64,000 bases of DNA from Nitrospinaceae bacterium (GTDB lineage Bacteria > Nitrospinota > Nitrospinia > Nitrospinales > Nitrospinaceae): NCBI GenBank assembly GCA_965223665.1, contig OZ245011.1, positions 864,001 through 928,000 on the forward strand. The letters are read 5' to 3'. This document shows, one piece after another, positions 1 to 11,639 of the stretch; position 1 is the first letter of the stretch, and each line of letters starts with the position of its first letter. A program made the translations under genes and the position numbers. The notes under the pieces were generated by a model, which made no database searches, had not been told where the DNA came from, and was given only the letters and a program-made list of their open reading frames with translations.

Positions 1-171
<171 letters not shown>

Positions 172-275
172 TTACATAAAATATGAAATTTACTCATCAA
201 ATTAATCTGAATAATTAAGATGGATTAAGAGGAAAAAAAGATTCAAAGGGACCCCTTCTAATTAATAAAAAATTT

Positions 276-1616
276 CTAAATTTTACTTTCCAGTTTATCC
301 ATAATAGTATTACGAACAACCTTGCTATCAGCTGGAAGGTCCACTGATTTAAACAAATATTCTGCATCAATATTTTTCAATTTATTTTCATGGTACTTTA
401 GAAGAAAATCTGTAAACTTAAGCCCGTTGGCTGTAGAAATCACTACTACACTATTTTGCTTTTTAATCACCCCCTGCTTAACCAATTTCTCCAAAACACC
501 TAACGCAACGCCTGTATGCGGACAACATAACAAGCCCGTTCTATTGGCCCGCGCCGCAGCATTGGCTAATTCATTTTCTGTAGCCTCCCCAACGATTCCG
601 TCAAATTCCTTTAGGGCCTTAATCGCTTTTTTTACACTTACCGGAGAACCAATTTGAATGGCACTTGCTAAAGTTTTTTTTGCTCGAATAGGTTTAAAAG
701 ATTTAAAATTCTTTTTATAGCTTCGATAAAGTGGGTTTGCTCTTTCTGCTTGCGCACATACCAACCTAGGAAGTGATTTTATTATTCCCAATTCATACAA
801 CATTCTAAAACCTTTACCAATGGCACTGACATTTCCCAGGTTTCCCCCAGGTACAATTACAAAATCAGGAACCTTTCCATCAAATTGTTGTATGATTTCA
901 AAACTAATCGTTTTCTGTCCTTCAATTCTCAGAGAATTCATCGAATTAGCCAGATAAATATCCTGATCTTGGCAAATTTCCTGAACCAAACGCATACAAC
1001 CATCGAAGTCCGTATCAATAGACAAAGTTAAAACCCCATTAGCAATTGGCTGTATTAATTGAGTAACAGATACTTTATTTTTTGGCAAAAAAACAATTGC
1101 AGGGATATCAGCAACCGCGCAATAGGCCGCCAAAGCAGCAGAAGTATCACCAGTAGATGCACAAGCCACTGCTCTAATCTTTTTACCCTCTTTTCTCATC
1201 TGATTGACCATAGAAACCAATACGGTCATTCCCAAATCTTTAAAAGATCCGGTATGAGCCATCCCGCACTGTTTAATCCAAAGATCATCCAATCCTAATT
1301 GAGTCCCTAAACGTTCCGCCCAAAATAAATTACTTCCACCTTCATAAGTAGAAACAATATTCTCATTTTCAACCTGGGGGCAGACCAATTCTTTTTTCCC
1401 CCAAACAGAACTTCCATAAGGCCATTCATGTTTCCGATAGCGGGCATCAAAAATCGTTTTCCATTCTTCGGAAGAACGTTTTTTTAATTCTTCCATATCA
1501 TGAACTACTTCTAACAAATCTCCACAGTCAGGACACCTATAGATAACTTCATTAAGTGGATGGCGCCCACTACAACCATTAATACACTGAAACCATGCCT
1601 TGAAATCTAAACTCAT
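276..1616 (-). CDS. thrC: Threonine synthase (plant-like type)
   Basis: [12 protein letters not shown]-lysine motif, [17 protein letters not shown]. Start moved to MSLDF (1616), giving an ATGA overlap with the hom stop. Confidence 0.95.
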   Translation of the reverse strand: MSLDFKAWFQCINGCSGRHPLNEVIYRCPDCGDLLEVVHDMEELKKRSSEEWKTIFDARYRKHEWPYGSSVWGKKELVCPQVENENIVSTYEGGSNLFWAERLGTQLGLDDLWIKQCGMAHTGSFKDLGMTVLVSMVNQMRKEGKKIRAVACASTGDTSAALAAYCAVADIPAIVFLPKNKVSVTQLIQPIANGVLTLSIDTDFDGCMRLVQEICQDQDIYLANSMNSLRIEGQKTISFEIIQQFDGKVPDFVIVPGGNLGNVSAIGKGFRMLYELGIIKSLPRLVCAQAERANPLYRSYKKNFKSFKPIRAKKTLASAIQIGSPVSVKKAIKALKEFDGIVGEATENELANAAARANRTGLLCCPHTGVALGVLEKLVKQGVIKKQNSVVVISTANGLKFTDFLLKYHENKLKNIDAEYLFKSVDLPADSKVVRNTIMDKLESKI

Positions 1617-2917
1617 TTTTCCACTCTGATTAAAACTGATTTTCCGCAAACATCTTTTAATTCATCAATTTCTCTTAAAGCTGCTTGAATATTTTTTTCT
1701 TGCGCTTGATGTGTCATCATTACTACAGGAACTCCATTTCCATTGTCGTCTCTTCCTCTTTGAATCATTGATTCAATACTTATATTATTATTCCCCAAAA
1801 TTCCCGATATCTTAGATAAAATCCCGGGTTTATCTAATACGGAAAATCTTAAAAAATATTCACTTTCTATTTCTTCAATATTTTTTATTGGAATATTTTT
1901 AATGCTTGCAGCTAGATAGGATTGAGGAGGGACTCTATTTTTGGCTCCACAAATAATGTTTCGGGCTATTTCAACAACATCACCCACAACAGCACTTCCA
2001 GTAGGCAAAGATCCAGCACCATGTCCCACCAGAATATTTTCTTCCATCAAGTCGTCACGAACCATTACAGCATTTAATACTCCATTCACATTTGCCAATG
2101 GCTTGCCTTCTGGGATCATTGCAGGATGAACACGGACATCAATGGCATTGCCATCAAATTTTGAAATAGCTAACAATTTAATTCGGAATCCAAATTCATG
2201 CGCACATTTGATATCTTCAGATGTAATATGAGTGATTCCTTGTATATATATTTCTTCTAAATCCACAGGCGCCCCATAAGCTAAACGTGTTAACACAGCA
2301 ATCTTATGAGCCGAATCAATTCCTTCAATATCAAACGTTGGGTCTACTTCTGCAAATCCTTTCTCTTGAGCTTCCTTTAAAACCTCTTCAAAAGCATGAT
2401 TACCATCTGACATTTTAGAAAGAATATAATTTGCAGTGCCATTAACAATTCCTTCAATGGCATATATATTATTTGCAGCAAATGCTTCGCGAATTGACCT
2501 TATTATGGGTATAGCACCACCCACAGAAGCCTCAAACCCAACACCTACTCCCTTGGCTTGCGCAGAATTAAAAATTTCATCTCCAAATTTGGCAAGCAAA
2601 GCTTTATTAGCAGTAACAATATGCTTTCCATTTTCTATTGCTTTCAAAACAAATGAACGGGCCGGCTCATATCCGCCAATTAATTCTACAACGATATCAA
2701 TGTCTGGACTTTCTAATACATCTTCTGCATTTGTAGTTAAAATTTCTTTTGGTACATCAACTCCTCTATCACTCGTAATATCTAAATCGGCTATTTTTTT
2801 AAGATAAAGATTCGCCCCCAAACGGTCTGATATTATTTTTTGGTTATCTTGAAAAATTTTGGCCATTCCAGAACCTATGGTTCCAAACCCTATCAATCCT
2901 ACATTTATCGATTTCAT
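1613..2917 (-). CDS. hom: Homoserine dehydrogenase with C-terminal ACT domain
   Basis: GFGTIG Rossmann motif, [27 protein letters not shown]-terminal DKPGIL ACT motif. Confidence 0.97.
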   Translation of the reverse strand: MKSINVGLIGFGTIGSGMAKIFQDNQKIISDRLGANLYLKKIADLDITSDRGVDVPKEILTTNAEDVLESPDIDIVVELIGGYEPARSFVLKAIENGKHIVTANKALLAKFGDEIFNSAQAKGVGVGFEASVGGAIPIIRSIREAFAANNIYAIEGIVNGTANYILSKMSDGNHAFEEVLKEAQEKGFAEVDPTFDIEGIDSAHKIAVLTRLAYGAPVDLEEIYIQGITHITSEDIKCAHEFGFRIKLLAISKFDGNAIDVRVHPAMIPEGKPLANVNGVLNAVMVRDDLMEENILVGHGAGSLPTGSAVVGDVVEIARNIICGAKNRVPPQSYLAASIKNIPIKNIEEIESEYFLRFSVLDKPGILSKISGILGNNNISIESMIQRGRDDNGNGVPVVMMTHQAQEKNIQAALREIDELKDVCGKSVLIRVEK

Positions 2918-2938
2918 AAGTCGTTCAAAAATTTCAAA

Positions 2939-4105
2939 TTAAAAAATTTCTCGGATTCCTCTTACCGCCTGCCGTGTTCTGTGTTCATTTTCAACCAAAG
3001 AAAAACGGACAAAATGATCTCCACCTTCACCAAAACCAATTCCAGGAGAAACTGCAACTTTGGATTTATCTAGAAGGAGCTTACAAAATTCTAAGGAACC
3101 TATTGATTTATATTGATCAGGAATTTCAGCCCATACAAACATTGTGGCTTTCGGCTTTTCAACCCTCCAACCTATTCGATTTAATCCTTCGCAAAGAACA
3201 TCTCTTCGGTTTTTGTAAGTATCTCGGATTTCATCTACACAATCCCGTGGCCCGTTTAGTGCGATTATGGCTGCAATCTGAATGGGTTGGAACATTCCAT
3301 AATCTTGATAGCTTTTGATCCTTGCCAATGCATGAATAATATCATGATTTCCTACCATAAATCCTACCCGCCAACCCGGCATATTATAACTTTTAGATAA
3401 GGTAAAACATTCTACCCCCACCTCTTTAGCTCCAGGGACCTCCAAAAAACTTGGAGCTCTATACCCGTCAAAAACCAAATCGGCATAAGCAAAATCATGG
3501 ATGACTATGAGATCATGTTCTTTTGCAAAGGCTACCACCTTTTCAAAAAATTCAATTTCGACTACTTGAGTCGTCGGGTTGTGTGGAAAATTTAAAATTA
3601 GTGCTTTAGGTCTAGGCCAATTTTGCTTATAAGCACTTAAAAGGGCTTCAAAAAAATCAGTATCTTTATTCATTGGCACCCCAATGACATCTCCATTTGA
3701 CAAAATAAATGCATAAGTATGAATAGGATATGTAGGGGTGGGGACCATTACAGAATCGCCTGGACTTGTTATGGCCAATGCCAGGTGGGAAATTCCCTCT
3801 TTGGATCCTATGGTAGCAATAGCCTCTTTATCGGGGTCCAAATCTACATTAAAATTTCTTTTATACCAATTGGTAATAGCCAGTCTAAGTTTTGGTATCC
3901 CCATCGACTGCGAATATCGGTGGTTATGTTCTTTGAGGGCAGACTCACATAACTTTTCAACAATATGTTTAGGAGTGGGTTGGTCTGGGTTACCCATTCC
4001 AAAATCGATAATGTCCTCACCACGTCTTCGGGCTTGAAGTTTTAACTCAGTAACGATGTTAAATACGTATGGTGGAAGTCTATTGATCCTGGAAAACTCT
4101 TTCAT
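2939..4105 (-). CDS. alaC: Class I/II aminotransferase, AlaC/YfdZ-like
   Basis: [33 protein letters not shown]; lies upstream of hom. Confidence 0.85.
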   Translation of the reverse strand: MKEFSRINRLPPYVFNIVTELKLQARRRGEDIIDFGMGNPDQPTPKHIVEKLCESALKEHNHRYSQSMGIPKLRLAITNWYKRNFNVDLDPDKEAIATIGSKEGISHLALAITSPGDSVMVPTPTYPIHTYAFILSNGDVIGVPMNKDTDFFEALLSAYKQNWPRPKALILNFPHNPTTQVVEIEFFEKVVAFAKEHDLIVIHDFAYADLVFDGYRAPSFLEVPGAKEVGVECFTLSKSYNMPGWRVGFMVGNHDIIHALARIKSYQDYGMFQPIQIAAIIALNGPRDCVDEIRDTYKNRRDVLCEGLNRIGWRVEKPKATMFVWAEIPDQYKSIGSLEFCKLLLDKSKVAVSPGIGFGEGGDHFVRFSLVENEHRTRQAVRGIREIF

Positions 4106-4555
4106 AATAGTAAATAAATTTATCTAAAATTTTGATAAAGTTAAAAAAATCCCTTAATCTGCAGTTTAAAGGGTTTATCCGAGAAGAAAACAGTTTATCT
4201 TTAGGATTTGAAGAAAATTCGGCTGGGTCAAAATCAAAAATTTTAAAACCTGACGCCCTACAATTGAGTAAACATAGCATAAATGCTTTACCTCAGCAAT
4301 TGCTTAAATCGGTCCAGTATTTATTCCTTTCCAAGGGTTAATTTAATAGCTCATTCCATATTTGTTATTAATTGAATTGGGTATTTTGAATTGAAAATGG
4401 ATTTCTGTTAGGATTATAAAATGCAAGGAGATACTTTCCTTTTTTTATCCAATTTTTTAATTTTTACCTCGCATGGTTTTCCAGGATATTCCCTTTTCTT
4501 AAACCTTTAATATCCGTCTTCAGGGTGGAATTCTTTTTTTAGGATCAAAGGATTT

Positions 4556-5368
4556 ATGGATTTTTTACAAGCCATAATCTTAGGGCTGTTACAAGGCTTG
4601 ACTGAGTTTTTACCAGTATCCAGTTCTGGTCATTTAATATTAGCACCTCATGTGTTTGGTTTTAAAGACCAGGGCCTAGCTATGGATGCTATTCTTCATC
4701 TTGCAACTCTTTTGGCAATTTTCTTATATTTTAAAGATGATCTCCTCAAATTGTTCAAGGGAATTTTTTCGAGCGATAAAAATGATCCTTATCGAAAACT
4801 GGCATGGAGTATTGTCATCGCCACCCTTCCTGCGGGTGTGGTTGGGTTGGCTTTCGAGGACTGGATTGAAGAAAACCTGAGAAGTACCACATTTGTTGCT
4901 TGTAATTTAATTTTTTGGTCTATTGTATTTTTTGCAGCCGACCGGACTTTTCAAAAAAACCAGAACTCAAAAGAAAATATTGATCAATTAACATTAGGAA
5001 AAGTCTTTTTTATTGGTTGCGCTCAGGCCATAGCATTATTACCAGGAACTTCCCGTTCTGGAATTACTATTGCAGCGGGACTTTTTAAGGGATTAAATCA
5101 AGTGACTGCAGCAAGATTTTCCTTTTTATTGGGAACTCCAGTTATTTTAGCGGCAGGACTTCTAAAATCAGTTTCAGTTTTTACAAAATCATCAGAAGAA
5201 TTACATTTTTCATCATTACAGTTAGGAGTAGGCTTTTTCACAGCTTTTATTTCAGGCTATTTTGCCATTAAACTTCTAATGAATATTGTTTCCAGATACG
5301 GTTTGTTTCCGTTTATTATTTATCGTTTAATATTAGCGGCAGGAATATTAATTTATTTTTCCATTTAA
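4556..5368 (+). CDS. uppP: Undecaprenyl-diphosphatase
   Basis: QGLTEFLPVSSSGHL and PGTSRSG BacA motifs. Confidence 0.96.
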   Translation: MDFLQAIILGLLQGLTEFLPVSSSGHLILAPHVFGFKDQGLAMDAILHLATLLAIFLYFKDDLLKLFKGIFSSDKNDPYRKLAWSIVIATLPAGVVGLAFEDWIEENLRSTTFVACNLIFWSIVFFAADRTFQKNQNSKENIDQLTLGKVFFIGCAQAIALLPGTSRSGITIAAGLFKGLNQVTAARFSFLLGTPVILAAGLLKSVSVFTKSSEELHFSSLQLGVGFFTAFISGYFAIKLLMNIVSRYGLFPFIIYRLILAAGILIYFSI

Positions 5369-5374
5369 CCAATG

Positions 5375-5406
5375 AAAAAAGCCAGCCCAAAATGGACTGG
5401 CTTTTT
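5375..5406. terminator. Probable bidirectional intrinsic terminator
   Basis: A-run, GCCAGCCC / GGACTGGC stem, T-run, between two convergent genes. Confidence 0.7.
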
Positions 5407-5426
5407 CCTTTTATTCTGTTCGCGAA

Positions 5427-5837
5427 TTAACCGCAGGTTACATTAATATCGATCGTACCAGTATTAGTGATTCTTACTTCACCACTGATATCACCGATAG
5501 AATCTCCACGGCTGAATTCAGTTTGCTTGGTCAGGACAACCTTATTCCGACCCATGCTGTGCTTGTTTGGCATTCCAACTTTACGAGCACCTTCAAAACC
5601 TTGATGGTCCGTAGGTCCTAAGGTAATTGGAACTGTCGTTGCATTGGAAGATTTCCATACTACGGCATTTGCATTTCCACGATCACCCGCAGAAGAATTT
5701 CCAGAAGCTTCTAATGTAATCGATCCTGCGTCTGTGCAAGATGTTTTTCCACCAGGCTTAATGGTCGCTGCAAATGCGGGAGAAGCGAAATAGAGAGCCA
5801 AAATTGAAACGAAAGCGATGAGGGTGAGTTTTCTCAT
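5427..5837 (-). CDS. Secreted hypothetical protein
   Basis: Signal peptide MRKLTLIAF...SPAFA, GGGAGG RBS, two Cys. Confidence 0.8.
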   Translation of the reverse strand: MRKLTLIAFVSILALYFASPAFAATIKPGGKTSCTDAGSITLEASGNSSAGDRGNANAVVWKSSNATTVPITLGPTDHQGFEGARKVGMPNKHSMGRNKVVLTKQTEFSRGDSIGDISGEVRITNTGTIDINVTCG

Positions 5838-6261
5838 TGTTTTCCTCCCTTACCCAAAATTAATAATAAAGTAATTTCCCCTAATTTTCTTTAGGATTAA
5901 CATCTTTAATTAGACCCGGTAAAATAAGATCTAAATTAAAAAAGCTAAACCTATATTAAAACTCAGACTAAAACAAAAAGCCTAAGACCAACTTATTATT
6001 AAGTAAGAAAAGGTACTAAAAATACAGAACTTACGGTTATAAATTAACCCCATTCTGAATACGAGCCAGTATACTTAATGATCTATTGAAGTCAACAGTT
6101 TTTTAGGAATTTACGGCTCAATTTTGATTTTTTTCCTATAAACTTTAAGGTGTTTTTCCTACTCCAGAGTAAGGAAATGATTTAGCATACTTATAACAAC
6201 CAAACTAAATAAAATTTTTTAATTCAATAAGTTATATAAATAAATTCATTTTTTTTCTTTT

Positions 6262-6966
6262 ATGTCCAAATTATCTTTCTCGTCAATTAATTCATTAAAA
6301 TCAGAAGCAAACCCCAAGTCTCGATTCATTCGTTTTCTTACATTAATTTTTTTTGGATTTTTAATAGGTTTTTTTACTATTCGAAAAGGTTTTCATTTAA
6401 CCCCTGAAAACTTTAAACAACTTATACTAGATTTGGGAATTCTTGGTCCCATCTTATACGTTTTCATTTTTTCAATTAGACCTCTCTTTTTAATCCCTTC
6501 TATAGCTTTATTTATTGGAGGTGGCTTAGCTTATGGACCAATCTTGGGTCCTACTTATGCTTCCGTTGGAGTTGCAATAGGTGGAAGTTTAGGATTTTGG
6601 ATTGCGCGTAAAATGGGACATGAATATGTAATCAATAAACTCAAAGTTGGAAAAGAGGTGTTAGAAAATACACGGTTCACCTTTTCTGCGGTTTTTATTT
6701 TAAGTTTATTACCCATAATGCCTGTAACGGTAATTAACTATGGAGCAGGCTTATCACCGATGAAATACTCCCATTATATTTTATCTCATTTGTTAGGAAT
6801 GATTCCACGTGCATTTGCTTTTGGGTTTTTTGGAAATTCTTTACTAGACATTGGAGGACCAAAATTTAAACTAGCTTTGGGTATTTTGGTAATATTAAGC
6901 TTAATTACTCTTTGGTGGAAAGTCAGGTCCTCTAATAAACAAAAAAAAACCAAGACTAACTTTTAA
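6262..6966 (+). CDS. TVP38/TMEM64 (DedA/YdjX-like) membrane protein
   Basis: Multiple TM segments, P-x-GG-x-YG...G pattern, NYGAGLS. Confidence 0.85.
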   Translation: MSKLSFSSINSLKSEANPKSRFIRFLTLIFFGFLIGFFTIRKGFHLTPENFKQLILDLGILGPILYVFIFSIRPLFLIPSIALFIGGGLAYGPILGPTYASVGVAIGGSLGFWIARKMGHEYVINKLKVGKEVLENTRFTFSAVFILSLLPIMPVTVINYGAGLSPMKYSHYILSHLLGMIPRAFAFGFFGNSLLDIGGPKFKLALGILVILSLITLWWKVRSSNKQKKTKTNF

Positions 6967-6981
6967 AGAAAAGGGCTAATT

Positions 6982-7467
6982 TTAATTGGTGCAGTGACTA
7001 CTCACAAATCCGTCCCCATCCTTATCATCACCTAAGGTATCAGGATTGCAATCCTCATCGTGATTGTTACAGACTTCTGTATTTCCAGGATATCTGTTCC
7101 TGTCTTGATCATCACAATCAGCGCCTCCACAATTTACATCATTAACCCCGTCTCCATCCTTATCTGGAACTTCACAAGCTTCCCCATAGGCAGAAACACA
7201 GCGTTTCTCCTTTTCACTACAAACCCTTTCTCTACCGTAAATTAAACAGGGAGAAGCCCCTCGTACGCAATGACCCTCAATTACCTCTCTACGTTCGGAA
7301 TCAATTTTCACACCCTCACATCTTTCAACTCCATTACACCATAATCCATCATCACAGTGACTGTCCCTACGACATCCCGATTCCGCAAAAGAAACCAGAG
7401 ACAATGAAAATACATTTAATAAAATAAAAATTATTAGAATTGGCTTTATATTTTGATTAAAAGTCAT
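6982..7467 (-). CDS. Secreted Cys/Asp-rich protein with a MopE-like metal-binding repeat
   Basis: Signal peptide, CDDGLWCNGVERC, DKDGDG, DCDD...PGNTEVCNNHDEDC. Confidence 0.75.
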   Translation of the reverse strand: MTFNQNIKPILIIFILLNVFSLSLVSFAESGCRRDSHCDDGLWCNGVERCEGVKIDSERREVIEGHCVRGASPCLIYGRERVCSEKEKRCVSAYGEACEVPDKDGDGVNDVNCGGADCDDQDRNRYPGNTEVCNNHDEDCNPDTLGDDKDGDGFVSSHCTN

Positions 7468-7470
7468 GAA

Positions 7471-10008
7471 TTAATTTTCCAGGCTTCCGTTACAATTTTC
7501 ATCTACTTGGTTTCCAGAAATTTCTGGGGCATCCGGTCGAATATCAAAATTACTATCATCGCAATCCCCTTTTCGCGCCGAATAACCAATTGCTGCACAG
7601 TGATAGACCTTAGGCCTATTGCCGTCTCCCCATCCATCTTCATCAGCGTCTAAATACTGCTCAGGAGCTCCTTCATTTACCGTTCCATCGCAATTATTGT
7701 CGATCGTATCACAAGGTATTTCTGCAGCATTAGGATGAACCGCAGGGTTATTATCGTCACAGTCCAATCCATAGGTTCCATAGGAGGTGCTTGATGGAAC
7801 CATACGTTCTCGCCGCTCTCGTTCCCGTTTAGCCTTATCAATGTTCTCAAGGAGTTCATTATATTCACTAACATGCCTACGATAAATGGCAGAACCCCTT
7901 TCACGAAGCCCGGAGGTTCCTTTGGCTGTTGATGCCCCTGGAACGGTTCCACCAAAGTCTCTTCCAGGGCCGGAAGGAACAGGATTAGTAGTCCCCGAAG
8001 GTGCCGTTGTATTTGATGAAGACATATTTTGGCTGGATTCCGAATTTGAATTGTCATTTGTTCCAGGCAAAGTCGTTGGCAAATGAGGAGTGGATGGTTT
8101 TTTTTCAAATGGGATTTTTGATTGTTGGGTCGCATACGCTTTATCAGAGCTCAAGATATCTCCCTTTGAACCGATAACACCCTCCGGCACTCCTTTATTC
8201 GATTTAAAGGCTGCTGGATTTCCCAGGTTAATTAAATAACGAGCCACTTCTTCCACTTCTTCATCGGTTAACCAATCAATTCCACCTCTGTCCGGCATTC
8301 CCCGGGCTCCACCCAAAGCCGTATCCAGCATTCGTTCAAATCCTTTTTCGACCTCAATTATTACTAACTCATCAGGAGAAGGGGCAGACCCAGTATTATC
8401 CATTTTGTGGCATCCCATACAACGTTCAGCAATTTCTGGTACCGTAGGGTTCCATTCTTTAGCGGATGTTGCGGTATTGTTTGCGGGAGACTCAGGAACT
8501 GATTTGTCTTCATTTAATTTGGCGGTAAATAAATAAGATCCCCTCGCCCATTTCCAGGTTGAGGGCCAACTTTCAAGAGAAACCCGATGCTCTTGATCAA
8601 TCCTTAAAGGAGGGATCATTATGGGATTTCTTATTTCAGCTAATAGGTTGGATGGACACTCACCTCCATCGGTTTTTTGACAAGTCAACTGAAGAGGAGC
8701 TTCAACAATTGTATCGCTTTTACCTTTATTAGTTATGATAATTTCGGGTGCCATGGGTTGAGGCAAATCCACCACCAAGTCCGCTTGGGTAAGAATTTGA
8801 TCCATTATTTTTCTATCAGGAGTTTTTAATGCCTTGTCCTGGCCACCCAAATCAGCAGCTTTTCCACTTGCTGGGGGATGGGAAGCTACTCCGGGAACAT
8901 TCGAACTCGAGGTACAATCGAGATCAATGCCTCTATAAGGAACCACGTTAACTCTCGCAAATAATCGATTATTATTTTCATTATTTTCTAACACACTATT
9001 AGAACTATCAAACATTACAGATAAAATATGCTCGCCAATCCCCAGTTCTATGGATTTTGCAATGGTTTGACCGGACCAACCGGGATCATGTGACTGTGAA
9101 ATTGAAACGACTTCTCGCTGGTCCAGGGTCGCTCGAATTTGAAAATTCAAACGATCCGTATTTGAATTATTCGTGCTTTGGAATTGAAAAACAAAATAAA
9201 ATAATTTTCTAATAGTACATTCTCTAGTTTTTATAACACTGGCAGTCGCAAGAGGTGGTACTTTATCAGGCAATGTCATTAGGCCATTGGCGTGATCTCC
9301 TACTTTATAAGAAAGACTTTTTAACCAAATATCCGGGAGCACTTCTTTTGGGGGAGTTGTTAATCCTTTTTGAGAGATGGGCTTGGAGGAACCGCTTCCG
9401 GTAATTGCAGGCAAGGTTTGTGTTTCTACTTTCGGAGCATCTCCGGAATGAGGGGTTTTAGATTCAGAAGGAGATAATACGTGTCTTTTCCCGGTTAATT
9501 TATAGTCTCTATTTAATTTCAATTCTTTCTTTTTAGCTTCATGGCGTAAATACTCCGCTTTTTTAAGTTCCTCTCGCTCCTGTTGAATCTTTTGTTGTTC
9601 CGCTTTATACCATTGGTTCAATTCGGCAATTTTTCTCTTTTTTTCCTTTTCCAATTTTTTAATTTTCTTTTTTCTTTTTGCAATCGTTTTTTCTGAAGAA
9701 TAAATTTCACGAAATTTTTTGGTACTCTCGAATAATATATTTTTGTGTTTTTCAGATCTTTCTTTTGCTAAATCTGACAATTTTTTATTTGCTTCTGTTT
9801 GAAATTTTACTAAATTCTCAACATGTAACTTTCTAAATTTAACTACGTCTTGCATATATTCATTATTAACTTGTATCTTTTGCTTTGGGGTTAGCTTTTT
9901 TTGCAATACAACCTTACTGGCAGAATCAACTTTATTTTCAGCTAGGACGGACCAGGAATTGCCAAAAATCATTACTGTACAAACTAATAAAAAAAATAAT
10001 TTTTTCAT
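7471..10008 (-). CDS. Secreted multidomain protein: coiled coil, 2 CARDB-like domains, cytochrome c5-like domain, 2 MopE-like repeats
   Basis: Start moved to MKKLFF (10008). ENNENNN CARDB signature; CMGCH plus GMPDRGG..LTDEEV; DCDD..HP.A.E.CD.IDNNCDG repeats. Confidence 0.75.
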   Translation of the reverse strand: MKKLFFLLVCTVMIFGNSWSVLAENKVDSASKVVLQKKLTPKQKIQVNNEYMQDVVKFRKLHVENLVKFQTEANKKLSDLAKERSEKHKNILFESTKKFREIYSSEKTIAKRKKKIKKLEKEKKRKIAELNQWYKAEQQKIQQEREELKKAEYLRHEAKKKELKLNRDYKLTGKRHVLSPSESKTPHSGDAPKVETQTLPAITGSGSSKPISQKGLTTPPKEVLPDIWLKSLSYKVGDHANGLMTLPDKVPPLATASVIKTRECTIRKLFYFVFQFQSTNNSNTDRLNFQIRATLDQREVVSISQSHDPGWSGQTIAKSIELGIGEHILSVMFDSSNSVLENNENNNRLFARVNVVPYRGIDLDCTSSSNVPGVASHPPASGKAADLGGQDKALKTPDRKIMDQILTQADLVVDLPQPMAPEIIITNKGKSDTIVEAPLQLTCQKTDGGECPSNLLAEIRNPIMIPPLRIDQEHRVSLESWPSTWKWARGSYLFTAKLNEDKSVPESPANNTATSAKEWNPTVPEIAERCMGCHKMDNTGSAPSPDELVIIEVEKGFERMLDTALGGARGMPDRGGIDWLTDEEVEEVARYLINLGNPAAFKSNKGVPEGVIGSKGDILSSDKAYATQQSKIPFEKKPSTPHLPTTLPGTNDNSNSESSQNMSSSNTTAPSGTTNPVPSGPGRDFGGTVPGASTAKGTSGLRERGSAIYRRHVSEYNELLENIDKAKRERERRERMVPSSTSYGTYGLDCDDNNPAVHPNAAEIPCDTIDNNCDGTVNEGAPEQYLDADEDGWGDGNRPKVYHCAAIGYSARKGDCDDSNFDIRPDAPEISGNQVDENCNGSLEN

Positions 10009-10159
10009 ATTAAAGTTAATATTGTAAGAAAGAATTATGTTCAAAAAACGCGCTATTCAATTTTAAACAAAGAAAATTGTACACTTTAAAAATTATTTTT
10101 CCTACCGGAATTAAATTGGTTTGGAAAGGACAACAAATTAAAGCTAACATAAATAATGA

Positions 10160-11521
10160 CTATTTTTGAATAGTCTGATTATTTAAAATTGTCCCAGAAG
10201 GAAAGGAAATTGGTCCGTTTTTATTTTTTATGACCACTTGGCCTGAAAATGTGATTTCACCTTTAAAAGAAACATCTCCTTCTATTTCTAAGAAATCCAA
10301 ATTTAATAATTTGGGAACTTCAGGCACACGGGTTTTATAATCTTCAAATTGTGAAAATTGTTTTCCCCATTTAATAATGGGAAGGTTGGAAATTTTTCTT
10401 TTTGAATTACGAGTTAATTTCCCCTTATTTAAATTGAAAAGATCGGATTGTATCAACATCAAATCGCTTGTGTTTTTAACCGGTAAAAATCGATTCCTGT
10501 TTACAATCAATCCAATACTTTCTGAAAAATTATCAATTGCAGAACCTATGGCAGTCTCTAACTGAATGACTGGAAGATCTTCAACTCTTTTTTCATTAAT
10601 GATTAAATTTAAATCTAATGGACCTTTTTCAAGCCGCTCTTGTAAACATTCCAAATGAATCCAAACATTATTGGTATTAAAAACTTTAAATTTTTCGATT
10701 CCACAAAATTCAGATAAATATTCTTTAGGTACCTGGGCAACCTCTAAAAGATGTAAATTATTATTGGATTCATAAAGAGTTCCTCCCTTAACATCCAAAG
10801 GCGTTTTTGGAGTCATTTCCAATACAAATGGAATCTTGTTTTTTATTACTGTGTTTAATATTTTTAAATCAACCTCGGCCCCCAAATTATCTGCATTAGA
10901 AACAAAGAGAACTTTTATTCCCTTTTCCAGCATTTCATTCAACAAACCTTGATTTTGAAGGCAATGAAAAATATCTCCATGTCCTGGCGGATACCAAGCT
11001 TCAGGGCTATTTTTATTAAAAGCTAATGGCTCTCCTGACTCTTTATCGAGTCTTGGGAATTTACTTTGTAAAAAAGAAATAATTGAAACTGGCAAATCTT
11101 TATTTTTTAAGTAATCCTCAATCTCCGGATGCGTGTAAAAACTGTTCATTAAATACAAAGGAACATTCACTCCGAATTCCTTATTCAAGTGAGTCAACTG
11201 GTCAAAGATCAAATCCAGAAATGATTTATTGTCTCGAACCTTGATTAATGACTTTGGTCCAGAACAACCCATACTTGTCCCTAACCCACCGTTCAATTTA
11301 CAAACAGCCAATTGTTCTAAAATATTTTTACATTCAATGTCCTGAGGAATACTTAAGGACTCGTATTTAGGTAATTTTTCCAAGGTTGGGGAGTTAATGG
11401 ATTGCCATTCTTTTACTTTTGCGGAACCTTTTTTATATTTATTGAAAAAACCTAAAAAGTACTCTAGGGTATCTTCCGAAAGGCCAATATTATTCAATTT
11501 TCTTTTTACTTCAGATTCCAT
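10160..11521 (-). CDS. UTP--glucose-1-phosphate uridylyltransferase, eukaryote-type (UDPGP family)
   Basis: KLNGGLGTSMG, WYPPGHGD, SNADNLGA, FNTNN, RFLPVK. Confidence 0.92.
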   Translation of the reverse strand: MESEVKRKLNNIGLSEDTLEYFLGFFNKYKKGSAKVKEWQSINSPTLEKLPKYESLSIPQDIECKNILEQLAVCKLNGGLGTSMGCSGPKSLIKVRDNKSFLDLIFDQLTHLNKEFGVNVPLYLMNSFYTHPEIEDYLKNKDLPVSIISFLQSKFPRLDKESGEPLAFNKNSPEAWYPPGHGDIFHCLQNQGLLNEMLEKGIKVLFVSNADNLGAEVDLKILNTVIKNKIPFVLEMTPKTPLDVKGGTLYESNNNLHLLEVAQVPKEYLSEFCGIEKFKVFNTNNVWIHLECLQERLEKGPLDLNLIINEKRVEDLPVIQLETAIGSAIDNFSESIGLIVNRNRFLPVKNTSDLMLIQSDLFNLNKGKLTRNSKRKISNLPIIKWGKQFSQFEDYKTRVPEVPKLLNLDFLEIEGDVSFKGEITFSGQVVIKNKNGPISFPSGTILNNQTIQK

Positions 11522-11639
11522 TTTAAAAATCGAGTTTCCTCGGATAAACTATTAATAAATAAAACCTAATAAAGTTCTTATTATATTCGATTAATATTCG
11601 GACTCCAAGTAAACACAAAATTAAACTGGTGAAAAAATT

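Noticed and set aside
5838-6261. Several short hairpins in the long spacer upstream of 5427..5837
   Set aside because: Short, G-U-heavy, mutually competing stems in very AT-rich DNA; no coherent fold
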